Below, piece after piece: positions 19,425 through 29,941 of a DNA stretch of 64,000 nucleotides. The notes beneath the pieces are model-generated. The model was not told the DNA's origin. It was given only the letters and a program-made list of their open reading frames with translations, and made no database searches. How positions within the stretch are numbered: the stretch's first letter is position 1; the number at the start of each line of letters is the position of its first letter. The DNA comes from Phormidesmis sp. (lineage in GTDB: Bacteria > Cyanobacteriota > Cyanobacteriia > Leptolyngbyales > Leptolyngbyaceae): contig CBDFJR010000005.1 of NCBI GenBank assembly GCA_965248535.1, positions 416,001 through 480,000 of the forward strand. The letters run 5' to 3'. The translations under genes were made by a program, and so were the position numbers.

Positions 19425-20654
19425 TTAGGCTTTTTGATCAAGCCGAATTGCCTGGTCTAAAGCGGCTTTTTCTCTAGCTCGATCGACATAGGGTTGAAGT
19501 CTGGCAACACTCCAACCCGTCAAAATTTGCAGGTCGTCTACCCTAATGCCCCTCGTCAGCATGTCGATGCACCACGTTTGCTGAGGTTGCTCGATCGTGG
19601 GAGGTTGCCCCGCTGGGGTGAGAAATTCCTGAGTTAATTCCTGCCAGTGCTGCCGCAGTTCGCTTTCAGAGACCGGGTTTCCGGCATCGTTGAGAAAGAG
19701 GGCAGACTGCTGATCTTTGCGGCTTTTGAGCCACTGAGTCAACGGGTTTTTGGTGTAAGTGCCATAGCGTTTGCCCAAAATCCATTGGTTGATCGGCACT
19801 TGACGCACCGTGCCTTGAGTCACCTGCACAAGCTGCTGGTGAGCATCGTGAATGTAGTGCGATCGCTCTAATCTCGCCACCTCGATCGCACTCAGCCCGG
19901 CCCCAAACAGCATATAAGCCCAGGCATAGGGTTGGAGTCCTTGGTGTTTGGCGCGCTGCAAAATTGAGTGAACGACCTGAGTCGGGAGATCAGCTACGCG
20001 CTCGATCGCCGGGTCTGCCTGCTCCTGACTGCTAGAATCTACGGGCAACTCCGAGGGCGAGACTGCGCCATGCAAAAACAGCGTCACTAAGTTTTCTAAA
20101 AAATCTTGGCGGTCTTGCCAGAGATTGTGAAACTCGCTCGTAAACTCAATCACGGCATAGCCTAACAGCATTCCATTAAGCAAGCTAGCGAGTCGCTCGG
20201 CCGACAGATAGCTGTGTAGCTGCCCCCGATCGATCACGGTCTGAAAATATTCAGCCACGTAGCGATTGGCTTGCGAAAAGCCCTGACCCAACGCCTGACG
20301 GTTTTCGGATGGATATTGCCCCGCTTCACCGACCACCGATCGCACCACTTCGGGCACTCGCTCTAACGCTTGCAGACACGCGATCGCATATTCGTTAAGC
20401 GCTTGGTGCAGACTGCTGGTTTGATTGGCTTGCTCAACCAACGCCTGACCTAGCGTAGTAAAAACGGCTGCCTCTTCGATCACGGCTAGCAGCAGCCCGT
20501 GTTTATTGCCAAACTGACGAAACAGCGTCACTTCGTTGACATCGGCTCTTTCTGAAATTTGCCGCGTGGTTGTCTCGGTGACCCCCTGCAAGGCAAATAG
20601 CTCTAGTGCAGCGGTGATTAACCGTTGTCGGGTGGGGTTTCGGGAAGACGACAT
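19425..20654 (-). CDS. TetR regulator fused to a degenerate tyrosine-recombinase-like domain (resembles cyanobacterial PfsR-type proteins)
   Basis: N-terminal TetR HTH (TTTRQISERADVNEVTLFRQFGNK); C-terminal LFGAGLSAIEVARL and TIEQPQQTWCIDML...LTGW...QPY align to recombinase boxes I/II. Confidence 0.85.
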   Translation of the reverse strand: MSSSRNPTRQRLITAALELFALQGVTETTTRQISERADVNEVTLFRQFGNKHGLLLAVIEEAAVFTTLGQALVEQANQTSSLHQALNEYAIACLQALERVPEVVRSVVGEAGQYPSENRQALGQGFSQANRYVAEYFQTVIDRGQLHSYLSAERLASLLNGMLLGYAVIEFTSEFHNLWQDRQDFLENLVTLFLHGAVSPSELPVDSSSQEQADPAIERVADLPTQVVHSILQRAKHQGLQPYAWAYMLFGAGLSAIEVARLERSHYIHDAHQQLVQVTQGTVRQVPINQWILGKRYGTYTKNPLTQWLKSRKDQQSALFLNDAGNPVSESELRQHWQELTQEFLTPAGQPPTIEQPQQTWCIDMLTRGIRVDDLQILTGWSVARLQPYVDRAREKAALDQAIRLDQKA

Positions 20655-20662
20655 AGGCAAAA

Positions 20663-20726
20663 TGCAAGTAACACTTGCAGAACTAGCAAAGACTTGTTAA
20701 GCTGGTGAATGTAAGCAGCACTTGCA
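20663..20726. promoter_or_regulatory. Two TGCAAGT-N3-ACTTGCA operators overlapping a sigma70-like desaturase promoter
   Basis: Perfect palindrome 20663-20679; second copy TGTAAGC-AGC-ACTTGCA 20710-20726; plus-strand TTGCAG(20675-80)-17 nt-TAAGCT(20698-703). Confidence 0.75.
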
Positions 20727-20951
20727 TCACGCTTCTACTTTAACGATCTTCTAACAAAAACGTGGAAGATTCACCCATTCAGTTCAGGGGTTAAAGCTTA
20801 GAAATGCCTGAGATCTGCTGCTTTGAGCCATTGGTTTGACTGAACCCTAGCATCCTTTTTAACCAGCGTTATAACTCGTCAACCCCGCAGTTCTGTGGGC
20901 TTCTTGAGAAGGGTGCAGCATCTAAATGAGTTATTTAAGCAAAGGAGTTTC

Positions 20952-21818
20952 ATGACCTCTACTTCTGTTAAGCCCGCCCGCGATACTAACCCTGATAGCG
21001 CCTCGCTGCCTGAAGAGCAGCTTAAACTAGACTGGGTGAATGTAGGCTTTTTTGGAGCGTTTCACGCGATCGCGCTCTTAGCTCCCTGGTTTTTTTCGTG
21101 GTCGGCTCTGGGGGTAGCGGTGGTGCTGCACTGGCTGTTTGGCAGCATTGGCATCTGTTTGGGCTATCACCGTCTGCTGACGCACCGCAGCTTTCAGGTG
21201 CCCAAGCCGTTAGAACGAGCGATCACGCTGATTGGGGCGCTGGCCTTGCAGGGCGGGCCGGTCTTTTGGGTAGCTGGGCATCGGCAACACCATCTGCACA
21301 CCGAAGATGTGCATCTTGATCCCTACTCGGCAAAGCGTGGGTTTTGGTGGAGCCACATGCTGTGGTTGTTCTATCCACAGCGTCAGTTTTTTGACTATGA
21401 CTCGTGCAAAAAGTTTGCGCCCGACCTCGATCGTGATCCCTTTTATCGCTGGCTAAATAAGAACTTTTTGATGCTTCAGATTCCAGTAGGGGTCGCGCTT
21501 TATTTAGCGGGTGGTTGGTCGTTTGTGATCTATGGCGTGTTTGTCAGAGCCGTTTTGCTGTGGCACAGCACTTGGCTGATTAATTCCGCCAGTCACATAA
21601 CGGGCTATCGCACCTTTGAGCCAGACGACAACTCACGAAATCTTTGGTGGGCGGCGCTGCTCACCTATGGTGAAGGCTGGCACAATAACCATCACGCTTA
21701 CCCCAATGTCGCCAAAGCAGGCTGGAAATGGTGGGAAATTGATATGACTTGGTGGGCGATTCAAGGTCTAAAACGGTTGGGGCTGGCTAAGAAGATTGTG
21801 CTGCCGCCCACAGGCTAA
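20952..21818 (+). CDS. desC: Acyl-lipid delta-9 fatty acid desaturase (DesC family)
   Basis: His boxes HRLLTH, HRQHH, HNNHH; GEGWHNNHH; AAGGAG RBS before ATG 20952. Confidence 0.88.
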   Translation: MTSTSVKPARDTNPDSASLPEEQLKLDWVNVGFFGAFHAIALLAPWFFSWSALGVAVVLHWLFGSIGICLGYHRLLTHRSFQVPKPLERAITLIGALALQGGPVFWVAGHRQHHLHTEDVHLDPYSAKRGFWWSHMLWLFYPQRQFFDYDSCKKFAPDLDRDPFYRWLNKNFLMLQIPVGVALYLAGGWSFVIYGVFVRAVLLWHSTWLINSASHITGYRTFEPDDNSRNLWWAALLTYGEGWHNNHHAYPNVAKAGWKWWEIDMTWWAIQGLKRLGLAKKIVLPPTG

Positions 21819-21850
21819 TCGATCCACACCATAGAACAGACTTTGAGATT

Positions 21851-21886
21851 AGGTCAGAACAGCCATCGATTGTTCTGACCTTTTTT
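21851..21886 (+). terminator. Intrinsic terminator after desaturase
   Basis: AGGTCAGAACA...TGTTCTGACCT followed by T run. Confidence 0.85.
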
Positions 21887-22036
21887 AGGGTTTAAAATTG
21901 CCGTCGGTTGCACTCCGCGATCGCAGACCCCACTCGACTTTAAGCCAGAAGCCAGACGAGTTAGTCTTGTTACGCCTAGCGCTGTGAGGGGCACTCTAAC
22001 GAGGAAACCTTATTGCTAGATAGGTTAAGTGGTTCT

Positions 22037-25000
22037 ATGCTGACACGCACCGCGATCGCGCTTCCGGGCTACCAAATCACTGAGCAACTCTATGCAGGCG
22101 CTCGAACTCTGGTCTATCGGGCAGTCCGTGCAGCAGATCAGCAACCCGTCGTCCTTAAACTCTTAAAGAACGAGCACCCTAGTTTTAGTGAACTGGTGCA
22201 GTTTCGCAATCAATACACCATTGCCAAACATCTCACCTTCCCTGGCATCATTCAGACCTACGGTTTAGAGCCTTACCTTAATGGCTATGCTCTAGTCATG
22301 GAAGACTTTGGGGGAATTTCTCTGCGGGAGTATGTGAAGTCTAAAAGCGCTGAGTCTTCGGTGCTCAATGGGCCCTCAGAAACGGAGCTTCATCACCCAA
22401 CCCTCTCTAACCTCGATTTTTTAACGATCGCTCTCCAAGTGTGCGACATTCTCCACGAACTCTGTCGCTATCGGGTCATCCACAAAGACCTTAAACCCGC
22501 CAATATTCTGATTCACCCCATCACCAAGCAGGTCAAACTGATTGATTTCAGCATCGCCTCACTGCTGACTAGAGAAACCCAAGACATTAAAAACCCCAAT
22601 GTTTTAGAAGGAACGCTTGCCTACCTTTCACCCGAACAAACGGGACGAATGAATCGAGGGATTGACTATCGCAGCGATTTCTACTCTCTAGGAATCACCT
22701 TTTATGAACTGTTGACCGGACAACTTCCCTTCCCATCTAGCGACCCCATGGAGTTGGTGCATTGTCACCTGACTAAGCAGCCAACTTCACTGCACAGTCT
22801 CAATCCTCAAGTGCCGCTCATGGTGTCGGAGATGGTTGCGAAATTGATGGCAAAAAATGCCGAAGATCGCTACCAGAGTGCATTAGGGCTAAAGCACGAC
22901 TTAGAACACTGTCAGAATCAATGGCAAGAACAAGGACAGATTACCCAATTCAGATTAGGACAGCGCGATCGCTGCGATCGCTTCCTCATTCCCGAAAAGC
23001 TCTATGGTCGAGAAGCAGAGGTGCAAAGCTTACTGGATGCCTTCGATCGCGTCAGTCAAGGCAATATCGAACTGTTGATGGTGTCGGGCTTTTCTGGCAT
23101 TGGTAAAACTGCTGTCATCAATGAAGTTCATAAACCGTTAGCCAAGGGCACAGATCACAACAGTGTGCGACAGTGTGGCTATTTCATCAAAGGCAAGTTT
23201 GATCAGTTTCAGCGCAACATTCCCTTCAGTGCTTTTGTGCAAGTGTTGCGTGACCTCATGGGACAATTGTTAACCGAAAGTGATGCTCAACTGGCAGATT
23301 GGAAAGCTCAGATCCTCAGCGCTGTGGGTGAAAACGGGCAGGTGATTTTAGAAGTCATCCCCGAACTGGAGCAGATTATTGGTCAACAGCCCCCCATAGC
23401 CGAACTCTCTGGCACCGCAGCCCAAAATCGATTTAATCTGCTGTTACAACAGTTTATTCAGGTATTTACGACGGCCGAGCACCCGTTAGTCATGTTTTTA
23501 GATGACTTGCAGTGGGCAGATTCCGCCTCGCTCAATTTAATCAAACGGTTGATGACCGAGAACGCGATCGGCTATCTGCTGATTTTGGGAGCTTATCGCG
23601 ATAACGAAGTTTTTCCGGCTCATTCTTTAATGTTGATGCTGGCAGACATTGAGCAGTCAAAGGCAACCGTGAACACGATCGTGCTGTCGGCTTTGACTCC
23701 TATTGATATTAATCAATTGATTGCTGACACGCTCAGTTGTGCGATCGCCCTAGCCCGTCCGCTCGGTGAACTGGTCTATCAAAAAACCCAGGGAAACCCG
23801 TTTTTTACGACTCAGTTTCTCAAGGCGCTGCATGACGATCGCTTGATCACGTTTGACTTTAATTTGGGGCATTGGCAGTGTGAGATGGGTCAAGTGCGAT
23901 CGCTAACTCTCACCGATGATGTCGTCAAATTTATGGCGCTTCAGCTTCAAAAGCTGCCTGCCGAAACTCAAGAGGTGCTCAAACTAGCGGCCTGTGTGGG
24001 TGCTCAGTTTGACCTAGAGACATTAGCGATCGTCAGTCAGCGATCGCCCGAAACCACCGCAGCAGCGCTATGGAAAGCTTTACAAGAAGGATTGATTTTA
24101 CCGACTAGTGAGGTTTATAAATTCTATCAAACATCAACTAGCCCCCAACCGTCAGCGCTGAATCGACAAAATTGTGCCTATAAGTTTCTGCACGATCGAG
24201 TTCAACAAGCTGCCTATTCCCTGATTCCTGACGATCACAAGCAAGTTACCCATCTTCAGATCGGGCAGTTGTTGCAGCAGGCAACTCCTTTAAATGAACG
24301 AGATCAGAAGATTTTTGAGATGGTTAATCACCTCAACAAGGGGTTAGCCCTGATTGAGTCTGAGTCAGAGCAGATAGAGCTTGCACAGCTAAACTTGACC
24401 GCCGGACAAAAGGCCAAGAGTTCCACTGCTTATGCAGCAGCTTTAGAGTATTTCAACCAGGGAATTTTGCTTCTGACTAGCGATCGCTGGCACCGTCACT
24501 ATGATCTCACGCTTGCCCTCTATGAAGGAGCAACAGAGTCTGCCTATCTCAACACTGATTTTGAACAGATGGAGCAGTTAGCAGAAACTGTGCTGACTCA
24601 GGCCCGTTGTTGGCTCGATCGAGTCACCACCTATGAGGCTAAAATCCAGGCTTGCGTTGCCCAAAATCAACATCTAGCAGCCGTGCAATTGGCGAGAGAA
24701 GTGTTAGAGCAGCTTGGAGTGTCTTTGCCAGCGCAGCCAACCCAGGCAGATGTTCAACAAGCCCTTGAGAAAACACAAAAGTTGCTCAACGATCGCCCGA
24801 TCGAATCTTTGCTAGAGCTACCTCAGATGACCGCACCAGAGCCAAAGGCGGCAATGAGGATCATATCTAGCATCATCTCTGCTGCGTATCAAGTTGCTCC
24901 TGCCCTGTTGCCCTTGCTCTCTTTTGTTCAGGTAGAATTATCTGTGCAATATGGAAATGCAGCCGAGTCTACTTACGGCTATGGTCAATATGGGATGATG

Positions 25001-28000
25001 TTAGTTGCCCTCTTGAAGGATATTGACGCAGGCTATCGCTTTGGGCAGTTAGGGATAGATCTGTTGCAGCGCATCGATGCGTCCAAACTTGCAGCTAAAA
25101 CTATTTTCGGATTTAATAATGCCCTCAGACATTGGCAGGAACCCGCGAAGAATACTCTCAAGGGGTATTTGAATGCTTGCGCCAGTGGGCTAGAAACGGG
25201 CGATCTGGAGTATGCTTCTCTCAGCCTTATGTGCCATGGCTATACTGCTTATTTCAGTGGGCAAGAGCTTTCTGCCCTCAAGCAGACAATGGATGACCAT
25301 CGCCAAGTAATCCGGCAGTTTCATCAAGATGGCTATCTCTGCATTCAAAGTATTTACTATCAAGCAGTTCTTAATTTATTAGAACCGACGGCTGAACCCG
25401 ATCGCTTGTGTAGCCAAGACTATGATGAGACGGTCATGATTGCGCTTCATCTCAAAGCTAATCAAGGGCTAGCACTCTGTCAGCTTTATTTGAATAAACT
25501 GTTTCTTTCCTACTTGTTCCATCGATATGAACAGGGTCTAGAAAATGCCCGTCTAACCGAACAATATTTAGGCGCAGTCGCAGGATTCATGCACGTTTCG
25601 CTGTTCTCCTTCTATGATGCGCTGCTGCAATTAGCTATTTATCCTACGGTTAGCGAAACTGAACAACTGAGTATTCTCGATCGTGTTACGGCCCATCAAG
25701 AAAAACTCGCTCAATGGGCGGTTCATGCCCCTAGCAATCAGTCTCATCGCTGTGCGCTGGTTGCCGCCGAACGATGTCGAGTGTTGGGACAAAATGCAGA
25801 AGCTAGCGAACACTACGATCTCGCGATCGCCAGAGCCAAAGCCAATGACTATGTTCAAGAAGCCGCGATCGCTAATGAACTCGCCGCCCGATTTTACTTG
25901 GGCTGGGGCAAAGAGCGAATTGCTCAACACTATCTGATCGAAGCCTACTATGGCTATGCCCATTGGGGAGCCAAAACCAAAGTTGCCGATTTAGAAGTCC
26001 GCTATCCTCAACTGCTGGCCCCCATTCTTCAGCAAGCTCGCTCTGCGCTCTCGGTTAACGAAACGATCGTGGCTGCTGGAGGGGCTACGCTGACCCATTC
26101 CTCTAGCAGCAGCCTCTCAGATTCTCTCGATTTAGCGGCTATTCTCAAAGCCTCTCAAGCGCTTTCTAGCGAAATTGAATTGGGCAAACTGCTTGCGTCT
26201 CTGCTGCAACTCATGGTCGAAAATGCGGGAGCCGATAAGTGTGTGCTGTTGATCATGCAAGATAACTCGCAAAGCGACACCCAGCGCGATCGCCTGTTAG
26301 TCAAAGGACTGGTTAAAGTTGGCTCTGAGCCAGTCGTTCTGCAACGAACTCCTGTTGAGGAAAGCCAAGACATTCCTCTCAACCTAATTTACAGCGTCAA
26401 AAACCGCTTGGAACCTATGTTGTTGATGGATACGGCTGCTCATCCTGAATGGGTGACTGATTCCTATTTTCTGCGGCAACAACCCAAAAGCATTTTGTGC
26501 AGTCCTATTTTGCATCAGGGTAAGTTGCTGGGCATTATCTATTTAGAAAATAATCTCACGATCGGGGCATTTACCCGCGATCGCGTTCATATTCTCAATC
26601 TGCTCTGCGCTCAAGCCACTATTTCGATTGAAAATGCTCGACTGTATGAGCGATCGCAGGCTTATGCACGAGAGCTAGAACACTCTTTAAAACAACTTCA
26701 AACGTCAGAAACCCAGCTACGGAGATTGTTTGAGAGTTCTGACGATGCTATTTTGTTGCTAGACAACGGGGCCTTTACTGACTGCAACCCGGCGGCTGTG
26801 AGAATGATGCACTGTCAAACTAAAGAACAGTTTCTCTCACTCCATCCAGCTAAACTGTCGCCAGAGATGCAGCCCGACGGCTACGCCTCATTTGAAAAAG
26901 CCAACACCATGATCACAACAGCCTTTCAAAAAGGCACTCATCGCTTTGAGTGGGTGCACCGCCGCAGCGATGGTGAAGACTTCTGGGTGGAGGTGGTTTT
27001 GACGGTGATGCCCCACGGCGATCGCAAGGTTTTACACACGGTGTGGCGAGAAATCGGCGATCGTAAGCAAGCCGAAAAGGCGCTCCAACTCACCCAATTT
27101 TCGATCGATCATGCCAGCCTGCCCGCTTGGTGGATCAAATCAAACGGACAACTTCTCTACGCAAACGCCGCCGCCTGTCGCGATTTAGGCTATTCTCAAA
27201 CGGAGATTTTAGAGCAATACGTTTGGGATTTAAATCCAGAGTTTTCTTCAGCCAACTGGGATGACCATCGACAAGAAACAAAAAATCAGAGTTCACTCAC
27301 CTTTGAAAGTGTAAATGTGACTAAGTTTGGGGAGATCTACCCCGTTGAAGTGACCGTTAACTATGTTGAGTTAGACGGTGAAGACTATCACTTTGCCTTT
27401 GTCAAAAACATTCGCGATCGCAAACAAGCCGAACAAGAACAAGCTCGCCTAATCGCCATTTTAGAAGCCACTACTGACATTGTGGGCATGGCCGATGCCG
27501 CAGGCAACAACCTTTATATCAACCAGTCAGGGCAAAAAATTCTTCAGATTCCGGCTGAAGAGATGAATCAATTTCATATCTCTGAAGTGATTGACCCTTC
27601 TATGTTAGAGACGATGGAAACAGAAATTTTACCGACTGCTATGCGCGAGGGCAGTTGGTCAGGAGAATCGCTGCTTCGCAGTCGCAGTGGGGAAGCAATT
27701 CCCGTGTCTCAGGTCTTGATGACTCACAAAAACGCTCAGGGCGAGGTTGAGTTTCTGTCAACAATCATGCGGGATATCCGCGATCGCAAAGCCGACGAAC
27801 TCGCTATTCAGCAAAAGACAGAAGCGCTCAAACACACTCTGCAAGAGCTACAGCAAGCCCAGTTGCAGATCATTCAAAGCGAAAAAATGTCGGCTTTGGG
27901 TAACTTGGTGGCAGGGGTTGCCCATGAAATTAACAATCCAGTTGGCTTTATTTCCGGCAACTTGCAGCCTGCCCTTGATTATGTCAAAGACATCTTTGGC

Positions 28001-28705
28001 TTGATTGATTTATATCAGCAAGAATATCCCCAGCCCAGCGCGGCCATTCAAGCAGAAATCGACGCGATCGACCTAGACTATGTGCGGCAAGATTTGCCTA
28101 AACTGATTGCCTCTATGAAACTGGGAGTCGATCGGATTCGCGGCATCAGCACTAGCCTTCGCACCTTTTCTAGAGCCGATAAAGACCACAAAGTGTGGTT
28201 CAATCTCCACGAAGGCATCGACAGCACGATCTTAATTCTCAAGCATCGGCTCAAAGCGAGTGACGCTCACCCTGAGATCGAAATCATTGCTGATTATGGC
28301 AATCTGCCGATCGTTGAATGTTTTCCGGGGCAACTCAATCAAGTGTTTATGAATATCTTGGCAAATGCGATCGACACCCTAGAAGAAGCCAACCAACAGC
28401 GCACCTTTCAAGCCATTGTCGCTAACCCAAATCGCATTGAAATTCAAACCCATTTAGATGACGCTGAGAAACAGGTGATCGTCCAGATTCGAGACAATGG
28501 CATGGGGATGTCGGATCAGGTCAAGCAGAAAGTCTTTGATCATTTGTTCACCACCAAAGCCGTTGGCAAAGGCACCGGATTGGGGCTAGCGATCGCTCAT
28601 CAAATTGTGGTGGAAAAACATGGGGGCACGATCGAGGTCGATTCAGTTTTGGGCGAGGGCACTGAGTTTGTGATCACGCTGCCGATCGCTAGTTCTCGGT
28701 GCTGA
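22037..28705 (+). CDS. Multidomain Ser/Thr kinase - AAA ATPase - GAF - 3xPAS - histidine kinase (HstK/Pkn-type)
   Basis: HKDLKPANIL and DFS kinase motifs, GFSGIGKT P-loop, LDDLQWAD, GAF (YLENN), three PAS/PAC ending IxDRK, AHEINNP H-box, GTGLGL. Confidence 0.93.
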   Translation: MLTRTAIALPGYQITEQLYAGARTLVYRAVRAADQQPVVLKLLKNEHPSFSELVQFRNQYTIAKHLTFPGIIQTYGLEPYLNGYALVMEDFGGISLREYVKSKSAESSVLNGPSETELHHPTLSNLDFLTIALQVCDILHELCRYRVIHKDLKPANILIHPITKQVKLIDFSIASLLTRETQDIKNPNVLEGTLAYLSPEQTGRMNRGIDYRSDFYSLGITFYELLTGQLPFPSSDPMELVHCHLTKQPTSLHSLNPQVPLMVSEMVAKLMAKNAEDRYQSALGLKHDLEHCQNQWQEQGQITQFRLGQRDRCDRFLIPEKLYGREAEVQSLLDAFDRVSQGNIELLMVSGFSGIGKTAVINEVHKPLAKGTDHNSVRQCGYFIKGKFDQFQRNIPFSAFVQVLRDLMGQLLTESDAQLADWKAQILSAVGENGQVILEVIPELEQIIGQQPPIAELSGTAAQNRFNLLLQQFIQVFTTAEHPLVMFLDDLQWADSASLNLIKRLMTENAIGYLLILGAYRDNEVFPAHSLMLMLADIEQSKATVNTIVLSALTPIDINQLIADTLSCAIALARPLGELVYQKTQGNPFFTTQFLKALHDDRLITFDFNLGHWQCEMGQVRSLTLTDDVVKFMALQLQKLPAETQEVLKLAACVGAQFDLETLAIVSQRSPETTAAALWKALQEGLILPTSEVYKFYQTSTSPQPSALNRQNCAYKFLHDRVQQAAYSLIPDDHKQVTHLQIGQLLQQATPLNERDQKIFEMVNHLNKGLALIESESEQIELAQLNLTAGQKAKSSTAYAAALEYFNQGILLLTSDRWHRHYDLTLALYEGATESAYLNTDFEQMEQLAETVLTQARCWLDRVTTYEAKIQACVAQNQHLAAVQLAREVLEQLGVSLPAQPTQADVQQALEKTQKLLNDRPIESLLELPQMTAPEPKAAMRIISSIISAAYQVAPALLPLLSFVQVELSVQYGNAAESTYGYGQYGMMLVALLKDIDAGYRFGQLGIDLLQRIDASKLAAKTIFGFNNALRHWQEPAKNTLKGYLNACASGLETGDLEYASLSLMCHGYTAYFSGQELSALKQTMDDHRQVIRQFHQDGYLCIQSIYYQAVLNLLEPTAEPDRLCSQDYDETVMIALHLKANQGLALCQLYLNKLFLSYLFHRYEQGLENARLTEQYLGAVAGFMHVSLFSFYDALLQLAIYPTVSETEQLSILDRVTAHQEKLAQWAVHAPSNQSHRCALVAAERCRVLGQNAEASEHYDLAIARAKANDYVQEAAIANELAARFYLGWGKERIAQHYLIEAYYGYAHWGAKTKVADLEVRYPQLLAPILQQARSALSVNETIVAAGGATLTHSSSSSLSDSLDLAAILKASQALSSEIELGKLLASLLQLMVENAGADKCVLLIMQDNSQSDTQRDRLLVKGLVKVGSEPVVLQRTPVEESQDIPLNLIYSVKNRLEPMLLMDTAAHPEWVTDSYFLRQQPKSILCSPILHQGKLLGIIYLENNLTIGAFTRDRVHILNLLCAQATISIENARLYERSQAYARELEHSLKQLQTSETQLRRLFESSDDAILLLDNGAFTDCNPAAVRMMHCQTKEQFLSLHPAKLSPEMQPDGYASFEKANTMITTAFQKGTHRFEWVHRRSDGEDFWVEVVLTVMPHGDRKVLHTVWREIGDRKQAEKALQLTQFSIDHASLPAWWIKSNGQLLYANAAACRDLGYSQTEILEQYVWDLNPEFSSANWDDHRQETKNQSSLTFESVNVTKFGEIYPVEVTVNYVELDGEDYHFAFVKNIRDRKQAEQEQARLIAILEATTDIVGMADAAGNNLYINQSGQKILQIPAEEMNQFHISEVIDPSMLETMETEILPTAMREGSWSGESLLRSRSGEAIPVSQVLMTHKNAQGEVEFLSTIMRDIRDRKADELAIQQKTEALKHTLQELQQAQLQIIQSEKMSALGNLVAGVAHEINNPVGFISGNLQPALDYVKDIFGLIDLYQQEYPQPSAAIQAEIDAIDLDYVRQDLPKLIASMKLGVDRIRGISTSLRTFSRADKDHKVWFNLHEGIDSTILILKHRLKASDAHPEIEIIADYGNLPIVECFPGQLNQVFMNILANAIDTLEEANQQRTFQAIVANPNRIEIQTHLDDAEKQVIVQIRDNGMGMSDQVKQKVFDHLFTTKAVGKGTGLGLAIAHQIVVEKHGGTIEVDSVLGEGTEFVITLPIASSRC

Positions 28706-28768
28706 TCGATCCCACGGGATGGGCACTCTAAGAGCGTCCACCTTCTCTGAGCGATCGCCCTCTTATTT

Positions 28769-29923
28769 ATGTTTGATGCCGTTGTCGGTCATAGTGATGA
28801 TCCTGATGCTTCCAGCGCTGTTGCAGAAATTTTAGAACACTGTCTTAAGGCGTTGAGCGGTCAGAAACCTCAAGCTGGCGTTCTCTTTTCGGCTGTTGAT
28901 TTTGACCACGGGCTGATTTTGCAAGCGATTAATCAAACCTTTCCAGAGTTGCTGTTGATCGGCGGCACGTCAGACGGCGAAATCTCGTCTGTGCTGGGGT
29001 TTCAGCAAGACTCTGTGACATTGATGCTGTTCTGCTCAGATGAAGTTGAGTTCTCTGCGGCAGTGGGTCGATCGGTTTCTCAAGACCCGATCGCCATTGC
29101 CCAAAAAACGGTTGAAACCGCCGCAGCCGCCCTAACCAGCGCCCCTTGTCTCTGCGTCACCTGCCCCGAAAGCCTGACCACCAGCGGTGTGACGATTCTA
29201 GAAGGACTAAAGCAAGGGTTAGGAAAGGAAGTTCCCATTGTGGGCGGAACGACGGGCGATCAGTGGAAATTTGAGGGCACCTACCAGTTTTTTGGAACGG
29301 AGGTTTTAAGCGACTCGGTTCCCGTGTTGTTGATGGGCGGCAACCTGCGGGTTGGCTATGGCGTGCAAAGCGGTTGGACTCCGATCGGCAAGACCGGAAC
29401 CATCACCAAAGCGCAGTCTAATACCCTCTATGAAGTGGATGGACAACCCGCCCTCAGTTTCTATCACAACTTTGCCGGAGACAGTCGCCCGTCGCCAGAG
29501 CATCGGCTAGCCGTGTTTGAAGCCAACAGCGATCGCTGGTATATGCGAACCTCTAGCGGCAAATATGACGAAGAAGCGGGGAGCATTTGCTTCTTTGCCG
29601 ATATGCCAGAACAAGCTCAAATTCGCGTGGTGGGCGCAACGCGGGAGGAAATTATTGACTCAGCCGCCGTCTCAATGGAGACGGCTTTAGCCCACTATCC
29701 AGGCGATGAACCAGTCGCTGTTCTATTTTTCTCCTGCACAGGACGAATTCATGTCTTGGGCACCCAAACCCAATTGGAGTATGAGCGGGCTAGAGCCTTG
29801 ACCACTGTGCCCCTAACCTGCTGTGGATTTTATACCTATGGCGAGATTGCCCCGCTTTACCCCGGTGGAGAAACGCAATTTCACAATGAAACCTTTGTGA
29901 CTGTCGTATTGGGAACGCGATAG
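28769..29923 (+). CDS. FIST N/C domain protein (NosP-like)
   Basis: IGGTSDGEIS, IVGGTTGD, SGWTPIG, FSCTGR, GFYTYGEI, FHNET. Confidence 0.9.
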   Translation: MFDAVVGHSDDPDASSAVAEILEHCLKALSGQKPQAGVLFSAVDFDHGLILQAINQTFPELLLIGGTSDGEISSVLGFQQDSVTLMLFCSDEVEFSAAVGRSVSQDPIAIAQKTVETAAAALTSAPCLCVTCPESLTTSGVTILEGLKQGLGKEVPIVGGTTGDQWKFEGTYQFFGTEVLSDSVPVLLMGGNLRVGYGVQSGWTPIGKTGTITKAQSNTLYEVDGQPALSFYHNFAGDSRPSPEHRLAVFEANSDRWYMRTSSGKYDEEAGSICFFADMPEQAQIRVVGATREEIIDSAAVSMETALAHYPGDEPVAVLFFSCTGRIHVLGTQTQLEYERARALTTVPLTCCGFYTYGEIAPLYPGGETQFHNETFVTVVLGTR

Positions 29924-29941
29924 CACGAGCAGGTGAAAATC

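Noticed and set aside
19425..20654. Functional integrase marking a prophage or island
   Set aside because: Catalytic Arg/His residues are missing, no att-like repeats or phage genes, flanks are core genes
22540..22555. DFS instead of DFG as a sign of a dead Ser/Thr kinase
   Set aside because: DFS is usual in this cyanobacterial hybrid kinase family and the catalytic loop is intact
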